A stretch of 64,000 nucleotides of DNA from an uncultured Chloroflexia bacterium (GTDB lineage: Bacteria > Chloroflexota > Anaerolineae > Anaerolineales > UBA4823), in NCBI GenBank assembly GCA_963788305.1, contig CAWBGK010000016.1:119500-183499 (forward strand). Direction: 5' to 3'. Positions 41,564 to 49,630 of the stretch are shown here, piece after piece (positions within the stretch are counted from its first letter, which is position 1; the number at the start of each line of letters is the position of its first letter). The notes below the pieces were generated by a model. That model had not been told where the DNA came from. It ran no database searches and was given only the letters and a program-made list of their open reading frames with translations. Made by a program: the position numbers and the translations under genes.

Positions 41564-42109
41564 CTAATTTATCGACTCGCTGAATTCCATCTCAGCCAGG
41601 ATGCTGTACAAAAGCTCTAATAATACATTCTTTACCGATTCCTTTTCGGTGGCCACACAAGAGAGCAGTTTAATTTTTGAATCAAGCCGAAGAGCAATCC
41701 GCATGTCACTCAAGTCCCAGGCATCCTCCCGGTCCTGTTTGTTGGCGGTGACAACATACGGGGTGGGGGCATACGCCCGGAACGTTTCCAGAATGCTTCG
41801 TGCTTCTCGAAACGTCTCAGGCCGGGTGCTGTCCACCATCACAACAAATCCCAACATCCCCTCGGATAAAATCTCCCACATGAAATCAAAACGTTTCTGA
41901 CCAGGCGTGCCAAACAAATACAGCACCAGGTCTTTGTCGACTCCAATCCTCCCAAAGTCCATCGCCACGGTCGTTGTGTTTTTTACTTTTTCGACATCCA
42001 GGCTAATTTTCCGTTCAGTTGCGACGACATCGATCTCACTCACGGAACGGATGAACTGCGTTTTCCCAGCGTTGAAAGGACCTGTTACGACCATCTTGAC
42101 TGTTTGCAT
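41564..42109 (-). CDS. Small Ras-like GTPase of the CvnD / COG2229 (ATP/GTP-binding protein) type
   Basis: P-loop GPFNAGKT; TTTVAMDFGRI; switch II LFGTPGQKRFDFMW; G4 NKQD. Confidence 0.8.
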   Translation of the reverse strand: MQTVKMVVTGPFNAGKTQFIRSVSEIDVVATERKISLDVEKVKNTTTVAMDFGRIGVDKDLVLYLFGTPGQKRFDFMWEILSEGMLGFVVMVDSTRPETFREARSILETFRAYAPTPYVVTANKQDREDAWDLSDMRIALRLDSKIKLLSCVATEKESVKNVLLELLYSILAEMEFSESIN

Positions 42110-42145
42110 TGCTAGTATTCCTGGCTCTTTATTCTTTCAAACCAT

Positions 42146-42979
42146 TTAAATGGAGCGAATGCGCATGATCAGCCGATTTAACAGCGATTTCTTTTCTGCT
42201 GGGGCTTCTGGCCTCGAGTTTGATTGAAGAGGCAGTGGTCTGGATGGAAAAATTTGTCTCAGCCCCTCCGGGCGTGTGAGCTCGACAACACCTGCTTGCA
42301 GCAACGTGTACACAATCCGGCGGATCTCCATTTCCCCCAGGTTTGTTGCCTTCGCAATCTGGCGAATCGAATTTTTAGGGTCGATAAAAGATACGACCCG
42401 CCACTCTGCCTGGTTCAGGTTGAGTTTGCGGATGTTTGCCCCTGGCCTTTCAGCAAATTTCAGCGACATTTCGAGGTTTGGGATCTCGTCCTGAAGCCGC
42501 TCCCATTCTTGCAGCCGGCGTGAACCTTCGACAATGATGTTTTCCAACCCGAGCCGAACCGTGATCTTTCCCTCCGGAGGCATTGCGTCATTCTCGAAAT
42601 GGAACAGTCCTTCTGCCCAGCCGAATAAGCGATTGACAATCCCGATGAAATAGGACTGCAAGCTGGTCAGGATATCCTGCTGGGAGAGGTAATTGGCATT
42701 AATAAGCAGCAATCCTAATTCTTTGTCGCTCATTTTTGCGGTGCGTTCTTTGAGGGCTCGCCCCTGGTGAGCGGTCAGCTTTTGAGATCGGTAAAGAACC
42801 GCGACAAGGCCGTTGTCTTCCTGGCCAATCTGAGCATACGCCAGCTTGCCTTCCCGAAAGCTGAGCAGGACACGCTCGTCTGGTTTCTCCACGACCAGCG
42901 TGCCGGTTTTACGCGCCAGGTTAATCAGATTTAACAGCTGTGTGATCGTAAAATCGCGCAGGTTTCCCTTGAGTGCCAT
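42146..42979 (-). CDS. DUF4388 (PATAN-like) domain protein with a C-terminal DUF742-like winged helix
   Basis: The N-terminus LKGNLRDFTITQLLNLINLARKTGTLVV is the DUF4388 signature. The C-terminus LNQAEWRVVSFIDPKNSIRQIAKATNLGEMEIRRIVYTLLQAGVVEL resembles the CvnC/DUF742 wHTH. Confidence 0.7.
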   Translation of the reverse strand: MALKGNLRDFTITQLLNLINLARKTGTLVVEKPDERVLLSFREGKLAYAQIGQEDNGLVAVLYRSQKLTAHQGRALKERTAKMSDKELGLLLINANYLSQQDILTSLQSYFIGIVNRLFGWAEGLFHFENDAMPPEGKITVRLGLENIIVEGSRRLQEWERLQDEIPNLEMSLKFAERPGANIRKLNLNQAEWRVVSFIDPKNSIRQIAKATNLGEMEIRRIVYTLLQAGVVELTRPEGLRQIFPSRPLPLQSNSRPEAPAEKKSLLNRLIMRIRSI

Positions 42980-43107
42980 ATGGTTCTCTTATATGCATGC
43001 TGAAACCGGATTGTAAAGAGAATTGCTGAATGGATTATACTTGCCAGGACATTTGTAAGACCCTACAACTTAGTTAGCTTGGTTACGCTGAGAAATCCAC
43101 AGCTGAA

Positions 43108-44690
43108 CAATAACACAGCTGAACTTCGCGGCTGTCATTGATCAGCAATTCTGTCACCCTAATTGATCAGCAAAAATGTCATCTTGACCTCAGCCGATAG
43201 CCAAGTATAATCGGCAATACCCCAAAGGAAGGCGAGCCAGAGATGATTTTTAACTCTGCTCGTCTTTTCATTCTGCCACCTGTGATGGATCTGAGATCTT
43301 CTCAAGGCGTTTATCCTTAAACCGCCGCCAGGGGTGATCGGGCGAAGGCTTGGAACCCAATGGCTTTTTAGGCTGCTTCTTCGGCTCAGCCTGCGATGCC
43401 GGCGTGCTAGCTGTTTGACCCGGGGCGGGCGAGAATTTTTTCATACGCAAAGGGCCATTTGCATCCGGGTCGAAGATAGCCAGGCGTTGATTCTGATAGC
43501 GCACTTCCAGCCGACCATCCAGGTGTTGGCGCACTTCGACACGTTTGTGTGCATAGCTGCTGTTTTGGTGGCCAGGAGGTATTTGTAAGCGCTGGCCATC
43601 GAAGGGGAGGGTATTGTCATTGCTAACGGTGCGTATATGTTTGAAGCAGAAGAAGTCTTCTAGTTGGCGGTGCATTGGCCAAGGCAGGTAAGCTGTTTCA
43701 GGCTGCGCCGGCTCTACCCGGAAGCGCTGGTTGAATTTGGGTAAGTAATGGATCAGCACCTGATTGGCTTGTTCTTGGTTGCATGCTCCGGCTTTGCGCA
43801 GGGCTTTTACCAGACGGTCCTGGAGGGTACCCCACAGCCGTTCTACTCGGCCCTTGGCCTGGGGGCTGCGAGCAGCGATCAACTCGATCCCTAATTCGTC
43901 CGCCAGCCTGCCAAACTGGCTCTTGGGCTCTTCCCCGTCTAGTTCCTGCTCGATGGTTGCCTTCGCTGAGCTCTGGAAGATCGAATGACGGTCGGCGTAG
44001 ATCGCCGCCGGGATGCCTTGTTGTTGGCAAATGCTCCGCAGCCCAAGAAAATACCCCGCCGCATCTTCTTGTTCACGAAACACTGCTCCCAGTAACTCAC
44101 CGGTGGCATCATCGATGTAGCCGATCAGGGTCAGGTATGGCCCACGACCTTCCAGCCAGTCATGCCGGCTGCCATCGGTCTGTAGCAGCATCCCGACCTT
44201 TTCCTTGCGCTCCCTCCAGCTCCGGTGGCGTGGCGCTCGTCGCTTGCGCGGGCTTTTTTGCCCTGCTTCCCGCCGGATGCGACGTACGGTGCAGCGTGAA
44301 AGAACCAGCTCGTGCTCTTCCGCCAATTCTTCCGTGAAGTGGCTGTCGTTGTAATCTCGATACTCCTTTTCCGACAGCTCCTGGATTTTCTTGCGCACCT
44401 CTTCGCACACCCGGTTATGTGGTGCTCGGCCGCGGTTCCCGTGTGCCAGCCCCGCTGCCCCTGCTCCGCGATACTTCACCATCAGCCTCCGTACTTGCCG
44501 CAGGGACAAACCCAACCGCTGGGCGGCTCCTCGGCCGCTGAGTTTCTTCTCTTCGACCTGCTGTAGCACATACACTCGCTTGATTTCGTCCATGCTCAAT
44601 GTCACTCTTTCGCTCATAGGGTGACATTTTCGCTGATCAGTTGCCTGGTGTCAATTTCGCTGATCAATAACACAGCTGAACTTCGCGGCT
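43108..44690 (-). mobile_element. ISNCY-family (IS1202-like) insertion sequence including its flanking direct repeats
   Basis: A perfect 26-bp direct repeat CAATAACACAGCTGAACTTCGCGGCT sits at 43108-43133 and 44665-44690. Imperfect terminal inverted repeats of about 50 bp start with TGT (43133.. and ..44674), each with two TGATCAGC(A/G)AA motifs. There is a single transposase gene. Confidence 0.75.
43268..44617 (-). CDS. ISNCY-family DDE transposase (HTH plus integrase-core rve domain)
   Basis: LSLRQVRRLMVKYR...GNRGR (HTH region), LLQTDGSRHDWLEGRGP...LIGYIDDATG (first catalytic D region), IYADRHSIF and SPQAKGRVERLWGTLQDRLVKALR (DDE/rve core). Confidence 0.85.
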   Translation of the reverse strand: MSERVTLSMDEIKRVYVLQQVEEKKLSGRGAAQRLGLSLRQVRRLMVKYRGAGAAGLAHGNRGRAPHNRVCEEVRKKIQELSEKEYRDYNDSHFTEELAEEHELVLSRCTVRRIRREAGQKSPRKRRAPRHRSWRERKEKVGMLLQTDGSRHDWLEGRGPYLTLIGYIDDATGELLGAVFREQEDAAGYFLGLRSICQQQGIPAAIYADRHSIFQSSAKATIEQELDGEEPKSQFGRLADELGIELIAARSPQAKGRVERLWGTLQDRLVKALRKAGACNQEQANQVLIHYLPKFNQRFRVEPAQPETAYLPWPMHRQLEDFFCFKHIRTVSNDNTLPFDGQRLQIPPGHQNSSYAHKRVEVRQHLDGRLEVRYQNQRLAIFDPDANGPLRMKKFSPAPGQTASTPASQAEPKKQPKKPLGSKPSPDHPWRRFKDKRLEKISDPSQVAE

Positions 44691-44718
44691 TGACACCTGC
44701 ATGGGGAGCGTTTATAAT
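44690..44718 (+). promoter_or_regulatory. Consensus sigma70 promoter of tRNA-Asn
   Basis: TTGACA (44690-44695), exactly 17 nt, then TATAAT (44713-44718). The tRNA 5' end is 27 nt downstream. Confidence 0.65.
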
Positions 44719-44744
44719 GCCCTTCGCCAACTGAATAGGCCCAA

Positions 44745-44817
44745 TCCTCGATAGCTCAATAGGCAGAGCGGGCGGCTGTTAACCGCTAGGTTCCAGGTTC
44801 GAGTCCTGGTCGAGGAG
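44745..44817 (+). tRNA. tRNA-Asn (anticodon GTT)
   Basis: TCCTCGA-TA-GCTC...GAGC-G-GGCGG-CTGTTAA-CCGCT-...-CCAGG-TTCGAGT-CCTGG-TCGAGGA-G. The cloverleaf folds by eye. CCA is not encoded. Confidence 0.9.
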
Positions 44818-44955
44818 CAGAATCAGAACCAGAGACCGCAAGGTACAGTAAAAACAGGTACCCGCCCGGTCTCTGATTGCTTTAAATAGGATAGACTGCA
44901 AGGTTTTCAGGCAAACTCAGACCGCACGGTTTTTTCATTATAAAAAGGAGGCAAA

Positions 44956-45945
44956 ATGGTCAAATCCAGGCGAGTCTATCCAAATCTATCTCGTGCCATC
45001 GAGGGATTCTTCATCGAGAAACGAGGTCAAGGCCGATCAGAAGATACGCTCCATGAATACAACACGACGATGAAGCGGTTCGTGGAATTTACTGGGGATC
45101 CTCCGATCAACAGCATAACGGCCAAGACGATCATCGACTTCTTCATTTACCTGGAGAAGTTCAGATACAGCCGAGATCGCACAGGTAAATCCGGAATTTT
45201 AAAACCGCTGTCTCCGAAGACAATCTTCAATTATAAGCAGGGCCTGTCATCTTTCTTTTCTTTCTTGAGTGAAGAGTACGGACTGGAAAAACCAAAGATG
45301 CCCAGGAGAAGCAAGAATGAAAAGCCAGTTATGCCGTTCACAACAGATGAAGTGCTCACTATCTTAAAGGCCTGCGACTACTCATTAACGGAGCCGAGCA
45401 ACCAAATCGCCTACAAATCAACGAGGAGAACCAGGCTGCGAGACAAGGCGATCATCATGTTCCTGTTTGATACAGGCGTCCGTGCATCTGAGCTTTGCAA
45501 CATCCGCTTCAGAGATGTTGACTTCGATAACAGCAGGGTAACAATAACAGGCAAAGGGAAGAAACAGAGGATCATACAGTTTGGTAGAAATGCAACTCGG
45601 CAGTTGTGGAAATATCACTCGGCTCGGTTTCCTGACGTACGTCCTCTCCCAGATGATTTCTTATTTGCCGACGATGAGAACTTGAGACCGATGAACAGAG
45701 ACAGTTTGAGACAGCTGATCAGCGGCATCGGGGAGAAGGCCGGTGTGAAGAATGCACACCCACATAGATTTAGACATACGTTTGCTGTTGAGTTTCTTAG
45801 AAACGGCGGGAACGTGTACCAACTGCAGGACCTGCTGGGCCACACAACTTTAGAAATGTGCAGGAGATACGTCACGCTTGCGACTAATGACTTGAAAGAG
45901 ATCCACCGCAGAGCAAGTCCGGGTGACCACCTGCTAAGTTGGTAA
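44956..45945 (+). CDS. Tyrosine-type phage integrase/recombinase
   Basis: The C-terminal catalytic motifs are HPHRFRHTFAVEFLRNGG and LLGHTTLEMCRRYV. AGGAGG lies upstream of the ATG. Confidence 0.9.
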   Translation: MVKSRRVYPNLSRAIEGFFIEKRGQGRSEDTLHEYNTTMKRFVEFTGDPPINSITAKTIIDFFIYLEKFRYSRDRTGKSGILKPLSPKTIFNYKQGLSSFFSFLSEEYGLEKPKMPRRSKNEKPVMPFTTDEVLTILKACDYSLTEPSNQIAYKSTRRTRLRDKAIIMFLFDTGVRASELCNIRFRDVDFDNSRVTITGKGKKQRIIQFGRNATRQLWKYHSARFPDVRPLPDDFLFADDENLRPMNRDSLRQLISGIGEKAGVKNAHPHRFRHTFAVEFLRNGGNVYQLQDLLGHTTLEMCRRYVTLATNDLKEIHRRASPGDHLLSW

Positions 45946-45952
45946 CAAACAA

Positions 45953-45988
45953 GAGGGCCGTCCTGTCATGGGGCGGCCCTTTTTTTAT
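45953..45988 (+). terminator. Rho-independent terminator after the integrase gene
   Basis: GGGCCG, a 13-nt loop, CGGCCC, then TTTTTTTATTT. Confidence 0.65.
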
Positions 45989-46735
45989 TTAAGCAACTTC
46001 TTCCAGCCACTGCACCCCGTTAAAGTATGCGGCGGCCCACCCGATCCGGTTGCTGCTTTTATTCCGAACAGCGTACCAGATGTTGCCTAGGTTGTCGGCA
46101 TGAGCGCCGTAAGCTTCCCACGACTCACCCAGCTTTACGTCGCCAAGGTCTCTTGCTACTACCGTAGGCAGCTCTCTCAGGTTAACCCACTTGTTGACCG
46201 CACTGGTAGGCCTCACCATGACGGGCACTGGGAAGTCAGGTATCTCGAATACTCCAGGCATAGGGATTATCTCCGATCCATCCAGCGGAACGAGCGCCGC
46301 AGGATCATTTGTAAGTTGAAAACCGTTGATTGGGTTCAGCGGGTCCAGGTTCTGCCACTTGTCGTTTCTAAACAGCCACGTCTCCCAATGGACATGGGTT
46401 CCGGTTGAGTTCCCGGTGCTGTCCATCGTGCCCAAATAGGTGGACGGCTGGACGATGTCGCCGACCTTAACAGCCAGGTTCTTCAAGTGCGCCACCCGGG
46501 TGCGCAGTACACTCCGCGTACGCAATCAGGATCGGTGTAGCCGTATCCCTGAGTAGCTCATCATGGACTGCAGTACCCTGCCGTCAAACTGATCTGGTCG
46601 AAGCGGCTGTTCCTGCCCGGCCAGGTCCACTCCGGCATATTCACGATTGTAGCCAGGGCGTCTCAGGTGCTGCTCCCAGGTACTTGAAATCCAAACAGTC
46701 GATCTCTCGCACGGCCATAATAAATTAACCATCAT
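45989..46735 (-). CDS. M23-family peptidase with a C-terminal SH3-like domain (putative endolysin); one frameshift near 46530
   Basis: GTMDSTGNSTGTHVHWE (HxH motif) and YAGVDLAG (HxxxD position, with Tyr in place of His). The C-terminal segment VNLRELPTV...NIWYAV...GWAAAYF looks SH3b-like. The fragments are 46526..46735 and 45989..46525. Confidence 0.7.
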
Positions 46736-47091
46736 TGTTCCCCCTTTTCATTGACTATCTTTATACCAACTGCACAGATGGTCTCTGATCTTCCTTTGGG
46801 TGCGTTAAACACAGCCAGTGTATCGCTCAGGTTTCTCTGAACCTTCCCATCTTCCAGCAGCTTGACTCCTTTAAGGTCTGCCACCTGATAGACAATTACA
46901 TATAAGCTGTCCATTGATCCCTCCCGTTTAACATCTTCGGGGGCAAACAGACTGAGGATGCAGGTCGTGGTAAACAATAAGACCAGAATCAATCCAAACT
47001 CGGTCTCAATATCCAAGAAGATGCTGGCAAAGATATACAGAATGAAGCAGGTGAAGAGCCCCACTATGGAAAGACGAAACAGCATGTTCAT
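46732..47091 (-). CDS. Two-TM membrane protein translationally coupled to the M23 peptidase gene
   Basis: TM helices LSIVGLFTCFILYIFASIFL and GLILVLLFTTTCILSLF. Its stop overlaps the peptidase start (ATGA). Confidence 0.45.
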   Translation of the reverse strand: MNMLFRLSIVGLFTCFILYIFASIFLDIETEFGLILVLLFTTTCILSLFAPEDVKREGSMDSLYVIVYQVADLKGVKLLEDGKVQRNLSDTLAVFNAPKGRSETICAVGIKIVNEKGEQ

Positions 47092-47101
47092 ATAACCCCC
47101 A

Positions 47102-47488
47102 CTACATAATAAACACAGCCTGTGGAAAATACTCCATCAGCGTACTGCACACATCAGAGTGATTCTTTACGGGAAGGTAGGGGAAGTAAACCAGGGGCTC
47201 GCCAAAGGCCCGCCAGACGATCTCCACCTTCTCCAGGCACACATCAAGCTCTTCCCAGTTATCGCCTACGAGCAGGTTGCAGATGTACAGACCAAAACCG
47301 ACCTGGGCAAGCTGGATATCCCCGACCCCGATGCGCCCGTTTTCGATTGCATCCACGCACCGCTCGGCAACCTTCGGCCAGCGCATCCTGATCTCATAAA
47401 AGCCATTGCCGTTCTCGGCCTCACTCAGGTTGCTCGGCCAGACGATGATCCCGTTCTCTATGTCAGAGATGCCCTTGGACACGATCAT
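47102..47488 (-). CDS. Hypothetical prophage protein with weak macro-domain-like features
   Basis: A 128-aa ORF. The pattern IVSKG.I....GIIVWPSN...GNGFYEIRMRWPKV...G.IGVGDI.L....YICNLL...W loosely parallels Macro/Poa1p-like domains, but the Gly-rich phosphate loop is absent. This assignment is tentative. Confidence 0.3.
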   Translation of the reverse strand: MIVSKGISDIENGIIVWPSNLSEAENGNGFYEIRMRWPKVAERCVDAIENGRIGVGDIQLAQVGFGLYICNLLVGDNWEELDVCLEKVEIVWRAFGEPLVYFPYLPVKNHSDVCSTLMEYFPQAVFIM

Positions 47489-47724
47489 TTTGATCTCTTC
47501 TCCAGGCTGACGGAGCGTCGCTTAAGCCTGGCGTCCAGGTCATCCTTCACCAGGACGATAAAACTTCCGCTGTCGCTTGCTATCTCATACTCTTCTTCGT
47601 CCTGCAGGCGCAGAACTTCCTGGATGATGGCATCCGGATGGGCATACTGTCTTGTGATCACCCCCGTGCGTGTTGCTGTTTTTAAAACACATTGAACCAG
47701 ATCGGCTGTTGCTCGGGTATGCAT
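47485..47724 (-). CDS. Hypothetical prophage protein (79 aa)
   Basis: The ORF overlaps the next gene by 4 nt. No recognisable motif. Confidence 0.4.
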   Translation of the reverse strand: MHTRATADLVQCVLKTATRTGVITRQYAHPDAIIQEVLRLQDEEEYEIASDSGSFIVLVKDDLDARLKRRSVSLEKRSK

Positions 47725-47732
47725 TGTTCCTC

Positions 47733-48101
47733 CTAGAATGGAAGTACTCCGTCTTCGTCGACAACCACTGTCTTGGTCACTCCCAGAAAGGCAAGCTGTT
47801 CAACAAGCTCCTTCAAAGCAGTGCCGTGGCAGGAAAGGGGAAGGCAGTTGCAGGCCAGGACAGTGTGCTCCCCACGCAGCTCCCTGCGCACCAACTCATA
47901 AACCGCCAGCCTGGTCGGCTCATGGTTTTCGATGCGGGTCAGGATCCATTCCTTATAGAGCGAGATCGCCTCAGCAGGGGATGACGCCTTATACTGCTTT
48001 GGGGTGCCGACAAGGTGGGAAAACGGATTGCTGAGGGGGGCGAACTCCTGAATCGCTGTCCCTCCCGATGTAGATCCCCCTGCCTCGATAGCCTGAAACA
48101 T
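47733..48101 (-). CDS. DUF4326 family protein
   Basis: It contains the two family motifs as I recall them (GNP-like LSNPF, and C.C....CH as ACNCLPLSCHG). The size is about 120 aa. Confidence 0.6.
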   Translation of the reverse strand: MFQAIEAGGSTSGGTAIQEFAPLSNPFSHLVGTPKQYKASSPAEAISLYKEWILTRIENHEPTRLAVYELVRRELRGEHTVLACNCLPLSCHGTALKELVEQLAFLGVTKTVVVDEDGVLPF

Positions 48102-48132
48102 TTACAACTTCGATGGTCATTCTCTCTCCAGA

Positions 48133-49533
48133 TCAATACAGCAGGTTATCGGTGTGCTTACAAAGATCTTCAACGTAGCTTTTCCCTTCAAGTACCTGCC
48201 CCTGATAGATTGCCTGTCCGCCTGAAATCCCGACATGCTCAATTGCAGGCTGGGTTTTCCCGGAATGGTGAACGATGCCGAAACCCTGGCTCCAACGCTG
48301 TCTGGCCTTAATGCCTGGGACCACGCCGTCCATCCTCCCCAGAAATCCAGAGCAGTAGGCGTTGACCACCCTCGCCCCACGCCCGGTGTAAATCGTGCGG
48401 GTGGCGACATCGAAGCGGTGGATATGCCCGAATATGATCGTGACATCCGAGTCGCTGATCGTCCGCTCGGCGCTCAGGCTGGTTCCGTGAACTGCGATTA
48501 GGTTTTCGTCGAGCTCCACCATCCCATCCGGGTAGCCGCCGACCCAGGTGATGTTCAAATCCGACAGGCCTAGCAGCTTAGGGATGCTCCAGGCAGAGTA
48601 GTCAAGCTCCACTCCAACCGGGCGCAGATGGTAGGCCTGTGGGATGTGCTTGATCATCATGTCCGTCTGGCGTTCTTCGTGGTTGCCCTCTATATAATAG
48701 AAATCTGCATCTGGCTGGCGTGTGCGGAGCTGCCATAAAATCCAGGCAAGCTCTTCAAGTGCGGGCTGAGTGTTCTGCTCGTACTCAGGGGAGCGCAAGA
48801 ACTTATCCGACCAGTCTGCCATGTCCAGGGCGTCGCCTAACAGGACGACGTTATCAAACTCCGTATGCTCTGCGATCTGCAGGACGAGATCGATTGCCAG
48901 GCGGTCATGAAATGGGTCAAGTCTTCCATTCCGCAAGGATTTAAATCCGACGTGCATATCAGGTATGATCAGGCTCTTCTTGATTGCATTTGCTTTTGGA
49001 GTTCCCACGTGGGAAATAAGTGATGGGGTAAATACGACCGGGCGGATGACAGGCTCAACGGCAACAGGTTCTTTACGGATGAGCCAGGCTTTGATCTGAT
49101 ACAGCGTTGTCGTCTTGATCTCTCCGGTGTCCTCGATCACCCCTTCCTGGATGGCCCCGTCCACCCACTGGAGTGACTTCTTCTCATCCTTGCGGTAGCC
49201 TTCCCAGGTATTGGCGATCCAGTGGTCGACTTCCCAGACCTCTCTGTCCACACCGCAGGCGTCGAGCAGCTCTTCCAGCGTGGTGATCCGCTCAGACATG
49301 CAGGATACGTCCATGTTGTTTATGTCTTCAGAATGGACTGAATACTTGTCCTTCTCTTCGGGCTCACAGACCCCTTCCTCGGCCATCTTGCGCATCTCCT
49401 GCAGACGCCGGTTCAGGGAAATCGGGTTCATGTCATATTCAACAGCGAGCACGCCGACGTCAACAGCGTCTGTGTATCTTCGTTTGTAAAGCTCTGATCT
49501 CTGTGCGTCTCTAAGCTCAGACCATCCAGGCAT
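48133..49533 (-). CDS. Calcineurin-like metallophosphoesterase with a roughly 190-aa N-terminal extension
   Basis: IIPDMHVG (DxH), LLGDALDMAD (GDxxD), IEGNHEER (GNHE), AVHG and IFGHIHRF (GHxH). Confidence 0.75.
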   Translation of the reverse strand: MPGWSELRDAQRSELYKRRYTDAVDVGVLAVEYDMNPISLNRRLQEMRKMAEEGVCEPEEKDKYSVHSEDINNMDVSCMSERITTLEELLDACGVDREVWEVDHWIANTWEGYRKDEKKSLQWVDGAIQEGVIEDTGEIKTTTLYQIKAWLIRKEPVAVEPVIRPVVFTPSLISHVGTPKANAIKKSLIIPDMHVGFKSLRNGRLDPFHDRLAIDLVLQIAEHTEFDNVVLLGDALDMADWSDKFLRSPEYEQNTQPALEELAWILWQLRTRQPDADFYYIEGNHEERQTDMMIKHIPQAYHLRPVGVELDYSAWSIPKLLGLSDLNITWVGGYPDGMVELDENLIAVHGTSLSAERTISDSDVTIIFGHIHRFDVATRTIYTGRGARVVNAYCSGFLGRMDGVVPGIKARQRWSQGFGIVHHSGKTQPAIEHVGISGGQAIYQGQVLEGKSYVEDLCKHTDNLLY

Positions 49534-49591
49534 AAGTCGTCCTAATTTATATAGCAGGTTTTATATTATACAGACATAAAGCTGTATATTT

Positions 49592-49620
49592 TTTATAGCA
49601 TGAGTATATGCTTTTATCAA
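49592..49620 (-). promoter_or_regulatory. Candidate sigma70-type promoter in front of the phosphoesterase block
   Basis: On the minus strand: TTGATA (49620-49615), a 17-nt spacer, then TATAAA (49597-49592), in an AT-rich 170-nt intergenic region. Confidence 0.45.
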
Positions 49621-49630
49621 CTCGACACAT

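Noticed and set aside
43036-43041. TATAAT hexamer 57 nt upstream of the DUF4388 gene as the operon promoter
   Set aside because: No acceptable -35 lies at 16-18 nt spacing, so it is left unannotated.
43698-44627. Several 70-184-aa ORFs inside the transposase region (43698..44030, 43783..44337, 44160..44408, 44312..44566 and others)
   Set aside because: They are Arg/Pro/Ala-rich alternative-frame or antisense products of a GC-rich gene. The 449-aa frame has the HTH and DDE signatures.
43108-44690. The 26-bp direct repeat as a prophage att site
   Set aside because: Both copies flank the IS element, not the phage genes. The prophage lies on the other side of tRNA-Asn, and its attR must be beyond the window.
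44830-44875. Hairpin after tRNA-Asn as the attL core or an integrase arm site
   Set aside because: This cannot be established without the second junction. It may simply be the tRNA terminator.
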